In this document: positions 26,758-32,000 of the stretch, piece by piece
How the letters are laid out: each line of letters begins with the position of its first letter
Position numbering within the stretch: position 1 is the first letter of the stretch
NCBI RefSeq assembly: GCF_014396165.1
Contig: NZ_CP060715.1
Span: 1,410,001 to 1,442,000 of the forward strand
Length of the DNA: 32,000 nt
Direction: 5' to 3'
Source: Erysipelothrix inopinata
GTDB lineage: Bacteria > Bacillota_I > Bacilli_A > Erysipelotrichales > Erysipelotrichaceae
Notes under the pieces: model-generated
What the model was told of the DNA's origin: nothing
The model's input: only the letters and a program-made list of their open reading frames with translations
The model's database searches: none
Position numbers and translations under genes: made by a program

Positions 26758-26788
26758 AAGCCCACAATTAAGTGGGCTTTATTTTGTT
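26758..26788 (+). terminator. Original rho-independent terminator of the ABC exporter operon, now displaced by the IS
   Basis: AAGCCCAC (26758-26765) pairs with GTGGGCTT (26772-26779), followed by TATTTTGTTT. Confidence 0.8.
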
Positions 26789-26997
26789 TAGCCTTCCTAG
26801 GAATAGAAGGTAAGCAGATATATTTTTCAACATTGAGATGGGACGTTCAAGTAGGTTAAAGTCAGCACCATGCTCTTCGTATTTTTTTTGCTAGCAAATA
26901 TTATCATATTTTTACATGTAGTTTGAGTTTCACGTCCATATTTCATATGGCTTTACAAATTCTTTATTGGCCTTTACAATCATATTGAGGTGATATT

Positions 26998-27060
26998 ATG
27001 TATTTTGGTATCGATAAGCGTGTAAAATGCACGAGCTACTCAATTTTGATAATTGATTGA
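26998..27060 (+). CDS. Possible 20-codon small ORF (MYFGIDKRVKCTSYSILIID)
   Basis: A strong GAGGTGA SD lies 7 nt before the ATG. TTTACA-N17-TACAAT (26952-26980) lies upstream. There is no homology evidence, so it could be a leader peptide or chance. Confidence 0.25.
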   Translation: MYFGIDKRVKCTSYSILIID

Positions 27061-27143
27061 AGTAGCAATAATAAGAGTAAGACTACTTCAGAATTATTTT
27101 AATTGAGTTAGAAATCAATTTTAAAATAAAAGGAGTAATAATT

Positions 27144-27977
27144 ATGAATAAATTATCAATCAGCCGAGATGGCTACACATTAAATATATTAGATGATCGT
27201 AAAGGAAATGATATTCCTTTAATGATAGTCGGGAGTGCAGTATACTATCCGAAACTTTTTGTGAGTGACGTATATGACGATTTGAGTATTGTCTATGTTG
27301 ATCATAGAGGGTTCTCTGTGTCTACGGATGCGAATGCTTCATTTGAACTAAGAGATATCGTTGAAGATATTGAAGCAATACGCATTGAACTTGGAATTAA
27401 TAGTATGCACTTATTAGGTCATTCTGGTCATGGATTCATGGCGATGGCTTATGCTCAAAAGTATCCAGAACATGTGGAAACACTTGTACTCTCAAATCTT
27501 GCACCTATGAATACACAAGAACGACAAAATCAAAGTATTCAATACTTTGAAATGACTGCAACCGAGGAACGTAAACAGGCATTCTATAAAGCTTGGGAAA
27601 TCTTTCAAGAACAATTGAAATCAAATCCAACTGACCGTTTCTCGCTAATGAATATAGCAATGCAAGCTCATTCATTCTATGATTATAATTATGATGGTGC
27701 TTACTTGTGGGATGATGTCATCAACAACATGCCAGCACTTGATCATCTGTGGGGTGAAGCATTTGCGGTATATGATACAGCAGGATTTGTAGCTGAATAC
27801 TCAAAACCAATTTTGCTATTGTTATCAGAATATGACTACCTTGTTTCACCAACAAATCTTTGGAAAGACATTGTATTTGATAATGATAATGTGAGCTTTG
27901 GACAATTCAGTCAAAGCGGACACAATCCAATGTTAGAAGAACCCGTAAAATATCGCAAATTTTTAAACTTGTTATAA
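27144..27977 (+). CDS. Alpha/beta-fold hydrolase
   Basis: 277 aa. It has the nucleophile elbow LLGHSGHGFMAMAYA (GxSxG), a C-terminal SGHNPMLEEP carrying the catalytic His, and an AAAGGAG RBS. Confidence 0.85.
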   Translation: MNKLSISRDGYTLNILDDRKGNDIPLMIVGSAVYYPKLFVSDVYDDLSIVYVDHRGFSVSTDANASFELRDIVEDIEAIRIELGINSMHLLGHSGHGFMAMAYAQKYPEHVETLVLSNLAPMNTQERQNQSIQYFEMTATEERKQAFYKAWEIFQEQLKSNPTDRFSLMNIAMQAHSFYDYNYDGAYLWDDVINNMPALDHLWGEAFAVYDTAGFVAEYSKPILLLLSEYDYLVSPTNLWKDIVFDNDNVSFGQFSQSGHNPMLEEPVKYRKFLNLL

Positions 27978-27986
27978 TAATAGATG

Positions 27987-28017
27987 AAGAACCTTCTTAA
28001 TTTAGGAGGTTCTTTTT
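27987..28017 (+). terminator. Rho-independent terminator after the hydrolase gene
   Basis: AAGAACCTTC (27987-27996) pairs with GGAGGTTCTT (28005-28014) with one G-U pair, followed by a T-run. Confidence 0.75.
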
Positions 28018-28092
28018 AGGTATAAAGGGAGATCATTCAATTCTAAAGATAATATCTTGGAATCATGTTAGAATTGGTAGCGGAGGCATATT

Positions 28093-28725
28093 ATGAACGG
28101 AATAATTTTTGATTTAGATGGAACACTTTTAAATACAATTGCGGATCTTGGAAATAGCATGAATCGCATTTTGAAGAAATATAATCTACCCGAACATCCA
28201 TTGGATGCTTATACACTTTTTGTTGGAAATGGTATGAAGAAGCTTGTTGAAAGGGCTGTGGGAGAACATCCACAATTTGATGAAATTCTAGAAGCTTATT
28301 TAGATGAGTATCAAGAACACTATCTTGATGATTCATTACCTTATAATAATGTTATTGAAACTTTAAAGACATTAAATGAGAGAAAGGTTCCAATCGCAAT
28401 TTGTACAAACAAAAAACAAGTTTATACAGATAATATTGTGGAACATTTTTTTAAAGATATTAAGTTTGAAGCCGTAATGGGAGATCAATTTGATGGAAAA
28501 CACAAACCCAATCCTCACTCTGCATTAATTTGTGCTGAGAAGATGAACTGTAAACCTGAAAATATTTTATTTGTAGGTGATAGTAATGTTGATATGCAAA
28601 CTGCAAAGAATGCTAACATGACTCCGATTGGTGTTTCTTGGGGATTTCGAAGTGTTGAAGAGCTTGAATCTGAAGGGGCTTCACAAATTATTGATAATAT
28701 GAGTGAAATATTGAATCTTGTGTAA
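28093..28725 (+). CDS. HAD-superfamily hydrolase (phosphoglycolate-phosphatase-like)
   Basis: 210 aa. HAD motif I is IIFDLDGTLLNT, motif II is ICTNK, and motifs III/IV are K...FVGDSNVDMQTAKNA. Confidence 0.88.
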   Translation: MNGIIFDLDGTLLNTIADLGNSMNRILKKYNLPEHPLDAYTLFVGNGMKKLVERAVGEHPQFDEILEAYLDEYQEHYLDDSLPYNNVIETLKTLNERKVPIAICTNKKQVYTDNIVEHFFKDIKFEAVMGDQFDGKHKPNPHSALICAEKMNCKPENILFVGDSNVDMQTAKNANMTPIGVSWGFRSVEELESEGASQIIDNMSEILNLV

Positions 28726-28802
28726 TGAATTCACAAAGAATGCGATGAACATGTGGAGTTTCATTACAAATGATGATAAAATAAGGCGCGTAGGAGGATT
28801 TT

Positions 28803-30362
28803 ATGAGTAAAAAACCAGTAGTATTAGTCGTAATGGACGGTGTTGGATTAAGTGATACAGTTGAAGGAAATGCAGTTAAACAAGCATATACTCCAACTTT
28901 AGATAATTTAATGAAAACATGTCCTAATATTGAAATTAAAGCGCATGGAGACGCTGTTGGACTTCCAACAGATGATGACATGGGAAACTCTGAAGTTGGA
29001 CACAACGCTTTGGGTTCAGGTCAAATCTATTCTCAAGGGGCTAAACTTGTTGGCGAATCCATTGAAAACAATTCGTTGTTTGAATCACCAACTTGGAAGT
29101 GGCTTGTAGAAGAGAAAAGTAATACATTACATTTAATTGGATTGTTATCTGATGGTAATGTTCATGCTCATATCAAGCATGTTGAAGCATTAATTAAACA
29201 AGCTAAAAAAGATGGCGTAAAACGTCTTGCACTTCATGCTTTACAAGATGGACGTGATGTTGAACAACAATCAGCACTCATTTACATCAATCAAGTTCAA
29301 GAACTTATGGACTCACTAAATGATGATACATTTGAGGCATTTTTTGCTTCAGGTGGTGGACGTATGCTTGTTACAATGGATCGCTACGATGCTGATTGGG
29401 GCATGGTAGAGCGTGGTTGGAACACACACGTACTTGGTGAAGGACAACGTTTTGATTCAGCTGTGAGCGCAATCGAACACTTCCGTAACGAAGATCCATC
29501 ATTATCCGATCAATATATTCCAGCATGGGTCGTAGAAAAAGACGGGGAAGCAATTGCTCCTATTCAAGACGGCGATGCTGTAATCTTCTTCAACTTTAGA
29601 GGTGACCGTGCTTTAGAAATTTCAAAAGCATTCACAACCGATGCAAGCTTTGATAAGTTTGATCGTGTTCGTGTTCCTGACGTTAAATATGCAGGGATGC
29701 TTCAATACGATGGTGATTTAAAAATCCCAGAACACTTCTTGGTAGAACCACCACATATTGAAAACACCTTGACAGAGACATTAATTGCTAATAATCTTTC
29801 ATCATTCGCAATTTCAGAAACTCAAAAATATGGTCACGTTACTTATTTCTGGAATGGAAATAAACAAGAAAAATTATCAAGTACACTTGAAACATGGGTT
29901 GAAATCAAAGGGGACGATGTTACTTTTGATCAACGTCCATGGATGAAATCAGCAGAGATTACTGATGAAGTCATTAAAGCTCTTGATTCTAAAGAATATG
30001 ATTTTATTCGTATTAACTTCCCTAACGGGGATATGGTTGGTCATACAGGCGATATGCTTGCAACAATCATCTCAATGGAATCCGTTGATTTAGCCTTATC
30101 AAGACTCTTACCAGCTGTGAAACGTAATGAAGCAACATTAATCGTTCTCGCTGACCACGGTAACGCTGATGAAATGCTTGATAAAAAAGGAAATGTGAAA
30201 ACAGCACACTCCTTAAATCCAGTACCATTTATCGTTTACAACCGTGATGTTGAATTAAAACAAGAGGGTACATATGGACTTGCAAACGTCGCAGCTACTG
30301 TTGCAGACCTCTTAGATATTGAACCACATCAAAATTGGTTACCAAGTCTCATTAAGAAATAA
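28803..30362 (+). CDS. gpmI: 2,3-bisphosphoglycerate-independent phosphoglycerate mutase
   Basis: 519 aa. The motifs VLVVMDGVGLS, MGNSEVGHNALGSGQ (catalytic Ser), NFPNGDMVGHTG and LADHGNAD are typical of iPGM. Confidence 0.93.
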   Translation: MSKKPVVLVVMDGVGLSDTVEGNAVKQAYTPTLDNLMKTCPNIEIKAHGDAVGLPTDDDMGNSEVGHNALGSGQIYSQGAKLVGESIENNSLFESPTWKWLVEEKSNTLHLIGLLSDGNVHAHIKHVEALIKQAKKDGVKRLALHALQDGRDVEQQSALIYINQVQELMDSLNDDTFEAFFASGGGRMLVTMDRYDADWGMVERGWNTHVLGEGQRFDSAVSAIEHFRNEDPSLSDQYIPAWVVEKDGEAIAPIQDGDAVIFFNFRGDRALEISKAFTTDASFDKFDRVRVPDVKYAGMLQYDGDLKIPEHFLVEPPHIENTLTETLIANNLSSFAISETQKYGHVTYFWNGNKQEKLSSTLETWVEIKGDDVTFDQRPWMKSAEITDEVIKALDSKEYDFIRINFPNGDMVGHTGDMLATIISMESVDLALSRLLPAVKRNEATLIVLADHGNADEMLDKKGNVKTAHSLNPVPFIVYNRDVELKQEGTYGLANVAATVADLLDIEPHQNWLPSLIKK

Positions 30363-30366
30363 TTTT

Positions 30367-30410
30367 AAAACAAGTTTTGTTACATTGTTGTAGCAGAACT
30401 TGTTTTTATT
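30367..30410 (+). terminator. Rho-independent terminator after gpmI
   Basis: AAAACAAGTTTTG (30367-30379) pairs with CAGAACTTGTTTT (30394-30406), followed by T-rich sequence. Confidence 0.8.
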
Positions 30411-30462
30411 TGCTCAAATGTCGCACGCAATTTCTTTGTATAATTTGCTCGAATATTCACAT

Positions 30463-30481
30463 GACAATGACAATCACTCTC
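30463..30481 (+). promoter_or_regulatory. Fur-box-like sequence upstream of the ABM / iron-chelate permease operon
   Basis: GACAATGACAATCACTCTC matches the classical 19-bp Fur consensus GATAATGATAATCATTATC at 15 of 19 positions. It lies ~20 nt downstream of TGTATAAT (30437-30444). Confidence 0.45.
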
Positions 30482-30596
30482 TTTTAGACCCGTATTGGTT
30501 GTTTTTAGGACTAAACAAAGTGACTATGTGAAAATATTGATAATTTTAATTAATGTTTTGCTTGTTTCCCATTTGTACATATCATAGACTTTAATT

Positions 30597-30610
30597 ACAA
30601 ACTAGTTTGT
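30597..30610 (+). promoter_or_regulatory. Perfect 14-bp palindrome immediately upstream of the RBS of the ABM gene
   Basis: ACAAACTAGTTTGT lies 1 nt before AAGGAAGG and 17 nt before the ATG at 30627. The cognate factor is unknown. Confidence 0.35.
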
Positions 30611-30626
30611 CAAGGAAGGTGACCAT

Positions 30627-30929
30627 ATGTGTTATGTAGAAGTAAAACAATTTGAGTTGGTTAAGGGAACAGGACGTGCTTTCGCGGACAAGTTCTTTGA
30701 AACAACCGTTGTTCGAGGTGTTGAAGGGTTTAAAGATTTAAAAGTAGGTTTAAATGATGCAAGTTCTAAAGTTGATATTGTAATCATTACAATGATCTGG
30801 GAAAGTGAAGAAGCATTATTAACGTTTAAACGTGGGGATATTCATAAAGAATTACATCGTAATCGTAAGCCTAATCCAAATCTTGTGAAACATTCTTCTA
30901 CGCGCTACGAAATCGTTCATGAGCTCTAA
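30627..30929 (+). CDS. ABM (antibiotic biosynthesis monooxygenase-like) domain protein, 100 aa
   Basis: Its size fits a ferredoxin-like fold. The core VIITMIWESEEALLTFKRGDIHKELH resembles ABM/IsdG-like proteins. Its stop overlaps the downstream permease start by 11 nt. Confidence 0.65.
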   Translation: MCYVEVKQFELVKGTGRAFADKFFETTVVRGVEGFKDLKVGLNDASSKVDIVIITMIWESEEALLTFKRGDIHKELHRNRKPNPNLVKHSSTRYEIVHEL

Positions 30930-31881
30930 AACGCGTTCAATTTACGTATTTGTTTTTTTAGGTTTGTCACTTGCTTCAATTTTTATTGGTGCTAATGATA
31001 TCAACCTAAGTCAAATATTAAAGGGAGATGCACTGACATGGATGATTCTCATCGAGGGTCGCATTCCAAGGTATCTCTCAGTAGTGATGACCGGCATATC
31101 ACTTTCGATTGCCGGATTAATTATGCAAAGAATTTCTCAAAATCGATTCGTTTCACCCTCTACAGCCGTCACGATGGATGGTGCTCGTTTTGGAATTATC
31201 ATCTCATTAGTAGCATTTGGGAGCCTTTCGATTCAATCAAGAATGTTTTTTGCATGGTTGTTTTCTATGGTTTTCACAGTTTTGTTTATGATATTGATTC
31301 ATAAATTAAAATTTAAAAATGTTATTTTTATTCCATTATTGGGAATGATGTTGGGGATGATCGTTGACAGTATCACAACATTTATAGCTTTGAAGTATGA
31401 CCTAATGCAAACATTATCGGGGTACATGATGGGTTCCTTTACGTTTATATTGAAGGGGAGGTATGAATTACTATTTACCTCTATTCCTCTGGTACTCATT
31501 GCACTTTTCTATATTAAGCGATTCGCAATTGTCTCAATGGGAGAAGACTTTGCTAAATCGGTTGGTGTTCATTATGGAAGAACACTCATCTTAGGGGTCC
31601 TGGTTGTTTCTATGTTAAGTGCGTCTGTAGTGACAACAATTGGAACGATACCTTTCGTTGGATTGATCGTTCCCAACATGGTTTCCTATCTTTATGGTGA
31701 TAGTGATCGTTATGTAATTTTAGATACAGCTTTAATGGGAAGCATACTCCTACTGTTGTCTGATCTTATTTCGCGACTCGTTATATATCCTTATGAAGTT
31801 CCAATTGGACTAACATTAGGAGTTATTGGATCCTTATTTTTTGTAGTGATCCTCATACGGGGGTACCATGAAAAAGCATAA
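30919..31881 (+). CDS. Iron-chelate (siderophore/heme type) ABC transporter permease, FecCD family
   Basis: 320 aa. EGRIPRYLSVVMTGISLSIAGLIMQRISQNRFVSPSTAV is the FecCD-family signature region. The protein has about nine hydrophobic helices. Confidence 0.88.
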   Translation: MSSKTRSIYVFVFLGLSLASIFIGANDINLSQILKGDALTWMILIEGRIPRYLSVVMTGISLSIAGLIMQRISQNRFVSPSTAVTMDGARFGIIISLVAFGSLSIQSRMFFAWLFSMVFTVLFMILIHKLKFKNVIFIPLLGMMLGMIVDSITTFIALKYDLMQTLSGYMMGSFTFILKGRYELLFTSIPLVLIALFYIKRFAIVSMGEDFAKSVGVHYGRTLILGVLVVSMLSASVVTTIGTIPFVGLIVPNMVSYLYGDSDRYVILDTALMGSILLLLSDLISRLVIYPYEVPIGLTLGVIGSLFFVVILIRGYHEKA

Positions 31882-32000
31882 AACACTTTTACTCAGCCTT
31901 GTACTTATCCTGTCATTAGTTTATTTGTTTTACGGGATATCGATGAACAATATTAAGTATATTTTGATGCGAAGAGGATCGCGTTTGATTGCAATCTATG
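31868..32000 (+). CDS. Second FecCD-family permease, N-terminal 44 codons only (runs off the right edge)
   Basis: The ATG at 31868 overlaps the upstream gene by 14 nt. The product reads MKKHKTLLLSLVLILSLVYLFYGISMNNIKYILMRRGSRLIAIY. Paired permease genes are usual for this transporter class. Confidence 0.6.
   Translation, partial: MKKHKTLLLSLVLILSLVYLFYGISMNNIKYILMRRGSRLIAIY

Noticed and set aside
26835-26860. A GTTCAAGT motif resembling a tRNA T-loop in the post-IS intergenic region.
   Set aside because: The flanking bases cannot form a T-stem (GGACG versus AGGTT). No acceptor or anticodon arms could be drawn.
30530-30548. A second Fur-like sequence (GAAAATATTGATAATTTTA).
   Set aside because: It matches the consensus at only 12 of 19 positions in very AT-rich DNA, which is indistinguishable from background by eye.
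31038-31499. ORFs 31038..31304 (+) and 31299..31499 (-) inside the FecCD permease gene.
   Set aside because: They are alternative-frame or antisense ORFs within a gene carrying the FecCD signature, and they have no independent support.

Overview
This is an AT-rich, low-GC Bacillota-type chromosomal segment. It holds mostly housekeeping metabolism and transport genes plus one clean IS insertion. I saw no rRNA, tRNA or CRISPR array.

Gene order, left to right:
- a truncated PadR regulator (-)
- a three-gene operon: DUF2975-like membrane protein, YozG-type HTH regulator, small membrane protein
- an SDR oxidoreductase
- a histidine phosphatase (-)
- a LysR regulator
- a small acidic ORF
- a stand-alone AAA/ABC-type ATPase broken by one in-frame TAG
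- a DUF2721-like membrane protein (-)
- lipoate-protein ligase followed by pdhABCD, whose E2 carries two lipoyl domains
- a canonical sigma-A promoter with CodY-like boxes driving a ~7.4 kb Opp-like peptide importer operon (SBP, OppB, OppC, OppF, OppD, small TM ORF)
- two uncharacterised membrane proteins (-)
- MarR plus a heterodimeric ABC exporter with one degenerate ATP site
- a 1497-bp ISL3-family IS with 26-bp IRs and an 8-bp target duplication, sitting between the exporter stop codon and its terminator
- an alpha/beta hydrolase
- a HAD phosphatase
- gpmI
- an ABM-domain protein translationally coupled to FecCD-type iron-chelate permeases

The most unusual thing is the Opp-like system. 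Its OppC permease is twice the normal size because a ~300-aa, seven-blade RCC1-like beta-propeller sits in the first extracytoplasmic loop. Its OppF ATPase carries a ~170-aa charged, coiled-coil-like insertion. A 61-codon TM ORF is translationally coupled to the end of the operon.

All family calls come from motifs read by eye and from memory. No searches were run. Hand-counted motif coordinates may be off by 1-2 nt.
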